This document shows positions 1-8,246 of a stretch of DNA of 36,061 nt, one piece after another. The DNA is taken from positions 1-36,061 of the forward strand of contig SKHQ01000099.1 in the NCBI GenBank assembly GCA_007116915.1, in the 5' to 3' direction. The notes under the pieces were generated by a model that saw nothing but the letters and a program-made list of their open reading frames with translations, made no database searches and was not told where the DNA came from. The DNA comes from Candidatus Methanomethylophilaceae archaeon. Its GTDB lineage: Archaea > Thermoplasmatota > Thermoplasmata > Methanomassiliicoccales > Methanomethylophilaceae. Within the stretch, counting starts at the first letter, position 1. The number at the start of each line of letters is the position of its first letter. The translations under genes were made by a program, and so were the position numbers.

Positions 1-29
1 CTTTCAACAAATAATCTCCCTTAGTCATA

Positions 30-1082
30 TTAGTTATTGCGACAACAGTTCTCAATATTCTCTAATACATTATTGCTGTTGGCATGTTCCTGCCAAACCA
101 TCACATTACCCAACGGCGTGCTGGGGGGAATATCACAGGAAGCGCTAAGGATAAAGCGGCGTTCATTACCTTTGAATGTTTGTATCGTTTGAGAAATATC
201 ATTCAAGGTTTTCTCTGGATTATCGTTTAACAGCGAAGAGAATGTGGATATTCCACCCGATATGCAGCAGTCAAATGACTCCAAAGATTCTTTCAAAGGC
301 GTATCGTGTATTGAAAGCAAGTTGATTGAGGAGGTGGGTAAATCAGGTAAGAGTTGAGTGACGTCACCGCAATTGTGTAACATCCTGTATCCATCAACTA
401 CTTCGAACAGCTCGGCGTTCAGAGGAACAACTTCTTTTCTTAAGGAGTCGGGATCCAATAAAGATGGTGACCCTGTTGATTCGCACAACATGACACCTTC
501 CGCGACTTCGTCGTAGAAAATGCAGTATTCCTTTAAATTTTCAGTAGTACGCCTTAAGATATCCCGATAAACATCAGTTTCAAGAATGCTGTCCATCATG
601 AGCTGTTCCAGTCCGCGAAGCTCAGCGGAAAGTGTGAACGTCCCAGGAACGGTGGCATAAATGAACTTATCTCCGTCCAGCAGCGCGTTGATGGTGTTCA
701 GGTTCGTTACCGCTCTTTTATCATCAACGGGGCCGACTTCTATTGATGCATCTGAATCATCGGATAAAACATGGGAAACGGTCACAGCTCCCATTCCAGG
801 CCGGAATTCCACATCACAACCCATGGCCTCAACCATCGAAAGCCAATCCCACATTCCTTCGAATCCATCAAAACCACATAGATCGGCTATGTTTGATTGG
901 CAAATAGCATTTTTTTTAGGTTCATTTACTGTTTCTTGAGGTGTGACGCCCATCATATTAAGAGCCCATGTAGCTTGAAAAGGCGGTATTATCGGAATCG
1001 GGCCCTCATTCCGTCCTTCAAGGGCGGCGACCACTGATTCCCTGCTATTGTAAACCATATAACTATAGTTAATCGACCTCAA
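30..1082 (-). CDS. URO-D family methyltransferase, MtaA/MtbA-like (methylcobamide:CoM methyltransferase-like)
   Basis: The 350-aa ORF fits the uroporphyrinogen-decarboxylase/MtaA family. It has an H-x-C-G motif (LHNCGD) and a later Cys (SASCDIPP), matching the Zn-ligand arrangement of MtaA-type enzymes. An alternative start is M9 at 1058. The stop is TAA. Confidence 0.7.
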   Translation of the reverse strand: MRSINYSYMVYNSRESVVAALEGRNEGPIPIIPPFQATWALNMMGVTPQETVNEPKKNAICQSNIADLCGFDGFEGMWDWLSMVEAMGCDVEFRPGMGAVTVSHVLSDDSDASIEVGPVDDKRAVTNLNTINALLDGDKFIYATVPGTFTLSAELRGLEQLMMDSILETDVYRDILRRTTENLKEYCIFYDEVAEGVMLCESTGSPSLLDPDSLRKEVVPLNAELFEVVDGYRMLHNCGDVTQLLPDLPTSSINLLSIHDTPLKESLESFDCCISGGISTFSSLLNDNPEKTLNDISQTIQTFKGNERRFILSASCDIPPSTPLGNVMVWQEHANSNNVLENIENCCRNN

Positions 1083-1305
1083 TTATTAATCATTTATCGA
1101 TGGACAACAAAAATGCCATTTGATGAGGACGTATAGAATCATTTGAAATTGTATTCTGTTGATGGTGGGTTCCAGTATGTTCTAAAAAGAATTATCTGAT
1201 TTTTGAACGGTTTTGGTTGTTTTTGATAGATTATGTGGATTGATTATGATAATGTGAAAATATCATCATTTTGAAAAGTACAATGATTATTATTTTTAGC
1301 TTATC

Positions 1306-1485
1306 TCAGAAATGAATTTTGCCATCATCCTCTATCTTGAAGAACTCCTTAGTAGAACCGCATTTGGGACAGCGCCATCCAGGCGGGATCTGGCCGAAGG
1401 GCGTTCCAGGAGGTATGGAATTATCGACGTCGCCTATCATCTCAAAATACCTGTAGCTACAAACACAGCATTTCCAAACTACCAT
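1306..1485 (-). CDS. Rubredoxin (59 aa, below the ORF-track length cutoff)
   Basis: Manual reverse-complement translation gives MVVWKCCVCSYRYFEMIGDVDNSIPPGTPFGQIPPGWRCPKCGSTKEFFKIEDDGKIHF*. It carries the two canonical rubredoxin knuckles, C-x2-C and C-P-x-C-G, with the usual spacing. The listed plus-strand ORF 1312-1509 is its antisense shadow. Confidence 0.8.
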   Translation of the reverse strand: MVVWKCCVCSYRYFEMIGDVDNSIPPGTPFGQIPPGWRCPKCGSTKEFFKIEDDGKIHF

Positions 1486-1699
1486 CTCAAATCACCAAAA
1501 CCTATCTAGTGAATATTCCATGATCCCTACGACTAAATTTATCTTTGATGTTTCACATCGAATATTGCCTGGGATGTATGTCCGATACATTATGTTAGAT
1601 TTGATTCTGAATCATTCTATTGAAATGTGCATGATATATCTATAATGTAAGAAATCAATGACCTCATAAATCTGTTGTCTGTCTTAATCAAACCGTGAT

Positions 1700-3169
1700 G
1701 TGAACGAGGCGATATGTATGACCACATTTGTGTGTGAAATCTGTTACGTTTATCAATACGAACCGGCCCATGGGGATAAGGGTACAAATATCCCTCCGGG
1801 CACTCACCCCAAAGACTTTCCCAAGGAATGGGAATGTCCGTTCTGTGGCTCTACCGCCGACCGTCTCATGCCCGAGGAGAATAAGGCGCCGATAAAGACT
1901 GAAGACCTCCCTCATTTTGCTGAATATCTGTCTAAATGGACACGCCACAGGGATGACCTGGAAAAGGACATGGAAACCATACATAACATGGCCATCCATG
2001 CTGAGAGTGTATTTTCTTCGATGCGGACACGGATTGTCACACCGTCGTGGGATTCCCTCCTTTTCCTCGGAGCGCAAATGGCCACCCTACCCCTAAATGA
2101 GGATGAGGATGTCAATCTGAAGACAATCATCGGCCCCAATGCCGACAAGCCTCTGGAACTCTCCATGCCGGTATACGTCAGTCATATGAGCTTCGGTGCT
2201 TTGTCCAAAGAGGCCAAGGTATCATTGGCTCGAGGTAGCGCCAAGGTGGGTACAGCCATAGGCTCGGGGGAGGGAGGTTTGCTTGAGGATGAATTCGAGG
2301 CCTCCAGTAAATACATTTTCGAATATGTTCCCAACCGATACTCCTACACTCCGGAGAATATGTCACGGGTGCAAGCTATCGAAGTGAAGATAGGTCAATC
2401 AACCAAACCCGGAATGGGAGGTCACCTCCCTCGGGAGAAGGTGACCGCTGAAGTGGCTGCATTGCGGGGTTTTCCGATAAAGACAGACATAATCTCTCCC
2501 GCCAGATTCCCAGGTATTCATGGTGTCGATGGTTTCCGCGAACTCGTGGATGAATTGAGGTCCGTTGGAAATGGAGTTCCCATAGGATTAAAGATCGCCG
2601 CGGGACACATCGAAAACGATTTAGACGTCATTATGGAAGCTGGAGCGGATTTTGTCACGATTGACGGAAGACCCGGAGGAACCGCGTCCACGCTCAATTA
2701 TGTGAAGGACAGTACCAGCATACCGACTATCGTCGCCCTGGATAGGGCGAGGAGACATCTTGATGATGCTGGTTCCGACCTTAATCTTATTATTACGGGA
2801 GGTTTACGATCCAGTGCAGATGTCGCCAAAGCATTGGCCATGGGAGCGGATGCGGTCGCTCTTGGGACCGCTTGCCTGATGGCCATAGGTTGTCAGCAGT
2901 ATCGGTTGTGCAACACCGGTAAATGCCCCACCGGTGTGACCACTCAGGATCCAGAATTAAGATTGAGGTTGGTAGCTGATTATTCCGCCAAGAGGTTGGC
3001 GAACTTTTTGAACACCATGGCCTCAGAATTGAAGGACTTCTCACGACTTGCAGGCAGATCGGATGTCCATCAACTTTCCTGTGATGACCTTGTCTGTTCC
3101 GACCTCAACCTTTCACAAAGCTTGTTCATCAGACACATGGACGGAAGATATCATTACCAAAAGGACTGA
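1700..3169 (+). CDS. Rubredoxin-domain fused to glutamate synthase central (FMN-binding, GltB domain 2-like) protein
   Basis: The N-terminus has CxxC...CxxC (FVCEIC...WECPFCGS), as in rubredoxin. The rest resembles the GltS FMN domain, including C-x5-C-x4-CP (CQQYRLCNTGKCP), a 3Fe-4S-type motif, followed by GVTTQDP. The ORF opens with GTG at 1700; the first ATG is at 1718. Confidence 0.8.
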   Translation: MNEAICMTTFVCEICYVYQYEPAHGDKGTNIPPGTHPKDFPKEWECPFCGSTADRLMPEENKAPIKTEDLPHFAEYLSKWTRHRDDLEKDMETIHNMAIHAESVFSSMRTRIVTPSWDSLLFLGAQMATLPLNEDEDVNLKTIIGPNADKPLELSMPVYVSHMSFGALSKEAKVSLARGSAKVGTAIGSGEGGLLEDEFEASSKYIFEYVPNRYSYTPENMSRVQAIEVKIGQSTKPGMGGHLPREKVTAEVAALRGFPIKTDIISPARFPGIHGVDGFRELVDELRSVGNGVPIGLKIAAGHIENDLDVIMEAGADFVTIDGRPGGTASTLNYVKDSTSIPTIVALDRARRHLDDAGSDLNLIITGGLRSSADVAKALAMGADAVALGTACLMAIGCQQYRLCNTGKCPTGVTTQDPELRLRLVADYSAKRLANFLNTMASELKDFSRLAGRSDVHQLSCDDLVCSDLNLSQSLFIRHMDGRYHYQKD

Positions 3170-3176
3170 GAGTGAA

Positions 3177-4100
3177 ATGCAACAGTACAGCCTATCAGAA
3201 CTGGAGGAGATTTACCGTGAGCAGCGGATAGTGCTCAAGAAACTGGAATCAAAGTATGATTTCGCAATGGCGGTGATGAAAGCTGCACCATACTTCCTGA
3301 TATCCCTGATAACCATTTCCGTCACGCTCTCACTCTACGCACCGGAAATGTTCTTCATTCCACTGGTGGTGTTGAGCTTCATCGCCATTCTAATGGTTTT
3401 ATTGTACATATTCGTGAATAGGTTCGATGACACCATATCACTAACGCAATTCGAACTCGACAAGATAAAGGAAGGGATGGACTTCCGTCAAAAGTTCCTC
3501 ATCTCATCCTTCGTTACGTACCATCAAACCATGGCTGCCCTACCGTGGAAGATAGAGGATATCGATCCCAATCGTTACGCGCGTGAAGCGATGACCATCA
3601 ATGTCAGGAGTATGTTCGGGCCAATGCGCGTGGAGGATATGGAATACCGACATCCGAACATATTCCGTTCGATGCTACAGTTCGAATCGGCATACGAGAG
3701 TTTCCGCGACTCACTGGTATCCCTTTCATTTCAGATTAAGGAGTTCAATTCCCGCATGGAATCAATTTTGGGAGGCAAACTCAGCGAGGGGGGCATTCCC
3801 GATGATGAGCTCGCTGTAATCAAAGAGTACCTCGATATTCAATCTAACGAGAGGGCACGGATCATTTTGAACCATGCCATGGGAAATTACGATTATTACT
3901 CCCAGATACCATACAATCGATTCAATTACATACTCGATACGTTGGAAGCTGAACTTCTGGACAGGATGGAAAACATAAATCGTAAGGGTGACAGTCTTTT
4001 ACCATATTTCCGTCAATTCGAGTCGTTCCATTCCTCCCTTAGCAGTGACCTCGTATATCGCTTCGGGACTCTGGAAAGCTCATATCCAACAATAATGTAA
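3177..4100 (+). CDS. Hypothetical membrane protein (two central TM helices, long helical C-terminal region)
   Basis: The ORF track gives 3048-4100, but its 5' part overlaps the preceding gene. ATG 3177 (MQQYSLSELEE...) lies 7 nt after the upstream stop. Hydrophobic stretches include APYFLISLITISVTLSLY and FFIPLVVLSFIAILMVLLYIF. I recognised no family. Confidence 0.6.
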   Translation: MQQYSLSELEEIYREQRIVLKKLESKYDFAMAVMKAAPYFLISLITISVTLSLYAPEMFFIPLVVLSFIAILMVLLYIFVNRFDDTISLTQFELDKIKEGMDFRQKFLISSFVTYHQTMAALPWKIEDIDPNRYAREAMTINVRSMFGPMRVEDMEYRHPNIFRSMLQFESAYESFRDSLVSLSFQIKEFNSRMESILGGKLSEGGIPDDELAVIKEYLDIQSNERARIILNHAMGNYDYYSQIPYNRFNYILDTLEAELLDRMENINRKGDSLLPYFRQFESFHSSLSSDLVYRFGTLESSYPTIM

Positions 4101-4117
4101 ATAAGAAATGGGTGAAA

Positions 4118-4278
4118 AGAGGTTAGCTCCGAAGGATTGCCGAAGCAGGGTGGTTTTATCGACCTTAGATCGAGGTAGTTTAATCCCGAGGGATCATCCT
4201 TGATCCATCAGCGGCAAATCCTACGAATTTTGTCTCGCAGGTAGATCTACGCCACCGTGCCTTTTCGGTCCTTTCGTG
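4118..4278 (+). ncRNA. Candidate structured RNA or MITE-like element, copy A (unknown family)
   Basis: This non-coding ~161-nt element has a paralog at 4961-5122. A 28-nt 5' block (4126-4153) is identical in both copies. A 30-nt central block (4202-4231) has 3 substitutions, and a 27-nt 3' block (4252-4278) has 2. The 5' arm CCGAAGGA..CCGAAGCAGGGUGG is complementary to the 3' arm CCACCGUGCCUUUUCGG..UCCUUUCG. An AATAAT box lies ~27 nt upstream. Confidence 0.4.
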
Positions 4279-4420
4279 CAATGTAAGTATTTCTCGTGAG
4301 GATTATTTAATGATATCTCTTATTTTTTGAAAGTTTATTCTCATAATTAATTTTTCTAAAGATGAAGTCTTAACGAAGAATAATTCCAAAAAATTAACTA
4401 CATGATTTCTATAACCAAAC

Positions 4421-4819
4421 ATGGATAAGAATCAGACGATCGCCATGGTTGCCTTGGTAGTTGCATTCGTGTCTTTGTTCTCGGCTTTCCTTTACAATCC
4501 GGCAACGGTCACGGATGAGACTGAAGTCTTCACCGTCTACTTCGGTCTCACGGACGCTGAAGGCAATGCCATCAATGTTACCACCGCTGAGAATACCATC
4601 AATGCCCTGTGCGAATCCTATGATCTGGGATTCACTAGCTACGAAGCGTTCGGTGGTTATGTTTCCAACGGCACATTCATCACCAACGATACATTGGTTT
4701 ACATGTTTGCTTTGACAGATGAAGATACCATCCGATCTTTGGCAAACGATGTTAAGACTGAATTGAACATCGATTCAGTGATGTTCGAAAAGAGTCTCGC
4801 TACGATATCGTTCATTTGA
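4421..4819 (+). CDS. Small N-terminally anchored or secreted hypothetical protein (132 aa)
   Basis: An ATG-initiated ORF with one N-terminal hydrophobic helix (IAMVALVVAFVSLFSAFLY) followed by a soluble Thr/Asn/Asp-rich domain. It is flanked on both sides by the repeated 161-nt element. Confidence 0.6.
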   Translation: MDKNQTIAMVALVVAFVSLFSAFLYNPATVTDETEVFTVYFGLTDAEGNAINVTTAENTINALCESYDLGFTSYEAFGGYVSNGTFITNDTLVYMFALTDEDTIRSLANDVKTELNIDSVMFEKSLATISFI

Positions 4820-4960
4820 AACATTTTCCCATATTATTTATTGAGCCATCGGGCTTAGAAATCAAGATGTTCAGATGATCATATATTCTGAACATACTAG
4901 AATAATCAATTTGTAATTATGCATATGAAAAATAATCATGAAGCAAAAAACCAATAAGGA

Positions 4961-5122
4961 AGAGGTTTGGCTCCGAAGGATTGCCGAAGCAGGGTGGGCA
5001 TAGCAACCTTAGATAACAATAGCTGACCTTTGAGGGACAGTTTGAGATCCATTAGCGGCAACTCCTACAAATTTTATTTCGTAGGGAGGTCTATACCACC
5101 GCGCCTTTTCGGTCCGTTCGTG
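4961..5122 (+). ncRNA. Candidate structured RNA or MITE-like element, copy B (unknown family)
   Basis: Paralog of 4118-4278 in the same orientation. The conserved blocks are at 4970-4997, 5046-5075 and 5096-5122, and the sequence between them has diverged. An AATAAT box (4931-4936) lies ~27-30 nt upstream, as in copy A. Confidence 0.4.
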
Positions 5123-5213
5123 TATTAATGTAGTGTCAATGCCGAATATAAAATGGTGTTGATAACAGATTGAAAATACCTAAAAAGAGTAAAAACTTGT
5201 ATAGACTACAAGA

Positions 5214-5813
5214 TCAGAATGAATCCAGAGTATCGACTGGTTCAATCAGACGAGGGCCTTCGTTCTTAACGTCATTCACCGCCTGTCCCACTGCTAACCT
5301 CTCCAATGGTGGGCCCTCTCCTATCGATTTTAGCGCATCGTCAACAGAGGAGTTGAACCATTCTGACTCCTTTTCTTTGGTTATGACACATGGCATCCGG
5401 CTATGAACTTCGCTAACAGGAGCTTGTGACTCCCGAGTGAGGATGATCACCTCCCTCCTATCAGTGTATAATGCTGCCATTGAGAATACCTCGCCGCCAT
5501 TCAAACGGAACAGATGTGGATGTTTCTTGCTATCCCATTCATAAAAACCAGTGGCGGGCACAAGACAACGGCTATCCTCCACCAAACGGGCAAACATCGC
5601 TTTTTCCTTGACGGTCTCGGTACGGGCATTGATAAGAGACCTTCCATACGGTCTGACGCCCCAGAACATGTTCTCATGGATTCCATCAGGCAGTACACAT
5701 AGGACATCCTGGGCGGGGGAGATGTTGTACCTCGGCTCAGGTTGTGGCAGTCCCGGAATGGAATACCTGCCAGCAAGGTCCTCGTAAGGTGCTAGGGCGA
5801 ATCTTCCGCACAT
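5214..5813 (-). CDS. SRAP (SOS-response associated peptidase, YedK/HMCES-like) abasic-site processing protein
   Basis: The N-terminus is MCGRF with the catalytic Cys2. The length (~200 aa) fits, and a conserved H-x-RMP motif (VHSRMPCVI) is present. Confidence 0.9.
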   Translation of the reverse strand: MCGRFALAPYEDLAGRYSIPGLPQPEPRYNISPAQDVLCVLPDGIHENMFWGVRPYGRSLINARTETVKEKAMFARLVEDSRCLVPATGFYEWDSKKHPHLFRLNGGEVFSMAALYTDRREVIILTRESQAPVSEVHSRMPCVITKEKESEWFNSSVDDALKSIGEGPPLERLAVGQAVNDVKNEGPRLIEPVDTLDSF

Positions 5814-5871
5814 GATATCGTTTTAATCAATGGTATTCCCCTTTAAAATAATCGTTCGTCACTAATGACTG

Positions 5872-7185
5872 ATGTTGAATCCCATAGCCGGATGGTTGGA
5901 CAGACGTTTTTTGGTCAGTGACCGAGGGTCGACTTTAAAACAGGAGACCTTGGGTGGAGCTGTCACCTTCATGACCATGGCATACATAGTGGTGGTAAAC
6001 CCCACCATACTCCAAGATGCTGGGATGCCTTTTGGTCCTGCTATGGTCGCCACGGCATTGACGGCGATGTTCGGCTGCTTGTTGATGGGAGTGCTAGCGA
6101 ACCGGCCGTATGCGATCGCCCCTTATATGGGCCAGAATGCGTTCGTCGCCTACACTGTCACCGGTACGATGGGCTACTCATGGCAGACCGCTCTATTCAC
6201 TATATTCATATCCGGCATTTTGCTGTTGTTGCTGACATTATCTGGAGGGCGCAAGGCATTGGGCGATGCGGTGCCGATGACCCTCAAAATAAGCTTTTCA
6301 GTCGGTATCGGGCTTTTCATAGCTTTTGTGGGGGCGGTGTCTTCCGGCATCATTGTCAGCGGTACCGAGACCCCTTTGGCAATCGGTGACCTTACCCAGG
6401 CCGGGACAATGCTCGCCATTCTTTGTCTACTGACCATATCCGCCCTTACGGTTAGAGGTTTCAAAGGCTCTATTCTCGTCGGAATGCTAGCCTGTACTGT
6501 CATCGGACTCTTCATAGGAGTTGTTGAAGCTCCGACTTCACTGATATCCAGTCCGCCCCCGTTGTCACCAGTCTTCCTGCAATGGGAGATTTCTCTCACA
6601 TTCGGCATCCTATCTGTACTGATGACGGTTTTCATTCTTGACGTAGTGGACACAATGGGGACTCTCGTCGCCCTTGGTAATGAAACGGGCATGATTGACG
6701 AAGAAGGGCGGCTTCTCGACATTCAGAAACCTTTCACCGCTGACTCGCTAACGATAATGTTCGCTGGTGTGGTAGGGACGACATCAAGCGGTGTCTTCGT
6801 GGAATCTGCTTCCGGGATTAAAAGCGGTGCCCGCACCGGGATATCCTCGATTGTCGTAGGCCTACTGTTTGGGGCTTCGCTCCTCTTCACACCAATTGTG
6901 ACCATGATACCTGCTGCTGTCACCGGCCCTGCCATGATGGTGATAGGTATGATGATGTTCTCTGCCACGCGGATGATAGATTTCCATGAACCTACTGATT
7001 TCTTCCCTGCTGTCGTGACCGTGTGTCTGATGGTGTTCACATACAACATAGGGATCGGGATTTGTGCCGGTTTCATAGTCTATGTCATAGGGAAGCTATT
7101 CAGTGGAAAGAAGGAGGAGATCACCTTCTTGATGTGGGTGCTTATGGTCATGAGTGTCCTTTTCTTCATATTCTATCCTTATTGA
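5872..7185 (+). CDS. NCS2-family purine (adenine/guanine/hypoxanthine) permease, AzgA/PurP-like
   Basis: A 437-aa polytopic membrane protein. Its N-terminus (FLVSDRGSTLKQETLGGAVTFMTMAYIVVVNPTIL) matches the characteristic AzgA-type signature. Confidence 0.85.
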   Translation: MLNPIAGWLDRRFLVSDRGSTLKQETLGGAVTFMTMAYIVVVNPTILQDAGMPFGPAMVATALTAMFGCLLMGVLANRPYAIAPYMGQNAFVAYTVTGTMGYSWQTALFTIFISGILLLLLTLSGGRKALGDAVPMTLKISFSVGIGLFIAFVGAVSSGIIVSGTETPLAIGDLTQAGTMLAILCLLTISALTVRGFKGSILVGMLACTVIGLFIGVVEAPTSLISSPPPLSPVFLQWEISLTFGILSVLMTVFILDVVDTMGTLVALGNETGMIDEEGRLLDIQKPFTADSLTIMFAGVVGTTSSGVFVESASGIKSGARTGISSIVVGLLFGASLLFTPIVTMIPAAVTGPAMMVIGMMMFSATRMIDFHEPTDFFPAVVTVCLMVFTYNIGIGICAGFIVYVIGKLFSGKKEEITFLMWVLMVMSVLFFIFYPY

Positions 7186-7351
7186 TGAGGAATTATTTTG
7201 ATTGGCATTTGCTCACTCTGATCCTTCCGATAGTTGGCCTATATCACGTGTTCTCAAAAATTAAAGTGAATGTATGTTTTTCATAATCGCGGTGCCAGTG
7301 AAGAATAATACTATGTCATTTTTAGGTAAAAAAGAACAAACAGGAGGTATT

Positions 7352-7543
7352 TTAGTCAATATAGATAAGGAAAAAACAGTGAGAATATTTCATTATCCAG
7401 ACCTTGATATAATCAAATATATATACGCCCATTATAATTAGTATATTCGCAGTAGCAGCTACGGCAGACTGCGGAGGTGACAAAATGGCAAAGGACGCTA
7501 AGACGGTGAAGAAGGACAAGAAGAAATAATCTTCATTGTTCAT
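7352..7543 (-). CDS. Doubtful small hydrophobic ORF (63 aa)
   Basis: It lies in A/T-rich DNA, contains two hydrophobic stretches, and has a GGTGA motif 9 nt upstream of the ATG. It is antisense to a plus-strand micro-ORF with a stronger SD. I recognised no family. Confidence 0.25.
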   Translation of the reverse strand: MNNEDYFFLSFFTVLASFAILSPPQSAVAATANILIIMGVYIFDYIKVWIMKYSHCFFLIYID

Positions 7544-7594
7544 ACCACTGGGTCACCAGCTAAACCCCTACTTTTCTTCATTAATTCCTTAATA

Positions 7595-8242
7595 TCAAAA
7601 AAGATAGTCTTCTTGACCACGGAACCAAGCTTTGGTCCGATCGCCCTCTCGCAGCAGGAGCATCGGCTCCACAAAGCCTATCCATTCCTCACCTCTGAAG
7701 CACATGCCCAATGCATGTCCTGCCAATGATGCCACGAAAAAGTCATGTGTGACCACAAGTGTCAATTCGCCCCAAGTGTGGGAGTGAAGGTCATCAACCA
7801 AGGGCTTGAGCCCGGACATGACGTCCTTGAATCCCGGCACTATATCGCCATCAAGGAGACCATTGCATATGTCCCTCATATGCATCAACCGGAATGTGAT
7901 CTCCGCTGCCTCCTCGTCATTGATGAAAGGGCCGATGTTGCCAAGAAGATTGACGGTACGTATCTCCATATCCTCGCCGTATCCTTGAAGGATGAGTTCA
8001 GCGGTCTCTTCACAACGACGGACGGGACTTGCCATGCACGATGTTATGTTGAATCCGTTCTCTGCGAGCCACGAACCTAGCGCCATGCTACATTCCTTTC
8101 CCTCTTCAGTCAACATCGCCAACTCATGTTGGAAGGTATTGGTTATCGGATGGCGGTGTGCGTGTCTCAGAATGATCATCGCTTCACCCTCGTGCCTCAT
8201 TAAGCGGGTTATTGCCGCAGAGTACCAGTCCTTGACATTCAT
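7595..8242 (-). CDS. Histidine phosphatase superfamily (phosphoglycerate-mutase-like) protein
   Basis: It has an RH motif near the N-terminus (IILRHAHRH) and a second conserved His in VVTHDFF. The length is 215 aa. Its start is 4 nt after the stop of the upstream gene. Confidence 0.8.
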   Translation of the reverse strand: MNVKDWYSAAITRLMRHEGEAMIILRHAHRHPITNTFQHELAMLTEEGKECSMALGSWLAENGFNITSCMASPVRRCEETAELILQGYGEDMEIRTVNLLGNIGPFINDEEAAEITFRLMHMRDICNGLLDGDIVPGFKDVMSGLKPLVDDLHSHTWGELTLVVTHDFFVASLAGHALGMCFRGEEWIGFVEPMLLLREGDRTKAWFRGQEDYLF

Positions 8243-8246
8243 GTCC

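Noticed and set aside
908-917. A homopolymeric T8 run (A8 on the coding strand) inside the MtaA-like gene as a possible slippage or phase-variation site
   Set aside because: The reading frame is intact through it (codons CCT AAA AAA AAT). Nothing suggests programmed frameshifting, and short A runs are expected in Lys-rich codon contexts.
1312-1509. A 65-aa plus-strand ORF in the ORF track
   Set aside because: It is the antisense shadow of the minus-strand rubredoxin gene (1306-1485), which has unmistakable CxxC/CPxCG motifs. The plus-strand product has no recognisable features.
3048-3176. 5' extension of ORF 3048-4100 that overlaps the end of the GltS-like gene
   Set aside because: The extension overlaps a supported gene by 122 nt. 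An ATG at 3177, 7 nt after the upstream stop, is the parsimonious start.
4118-5122. The repeated 161-nt element as an SRP RNA, RNase P RNA or riboswitch
   Set aside because: It is too short for SRP RNA or RNase P RNA and I saw none of their conserved motifs. Copy B is not upstream of any plus-strand gene, which argues against a cis-acting 5' riboswitch. It is kept as an unknown structured RNA or MITE candidate.
6174-7076. Minus-strand ORFs of 182 aa and 117 aa inside the purine permease gene
   Set aside because: They are antisense shadows of a strongly supported NCS2 permease and have no motifs of their own.
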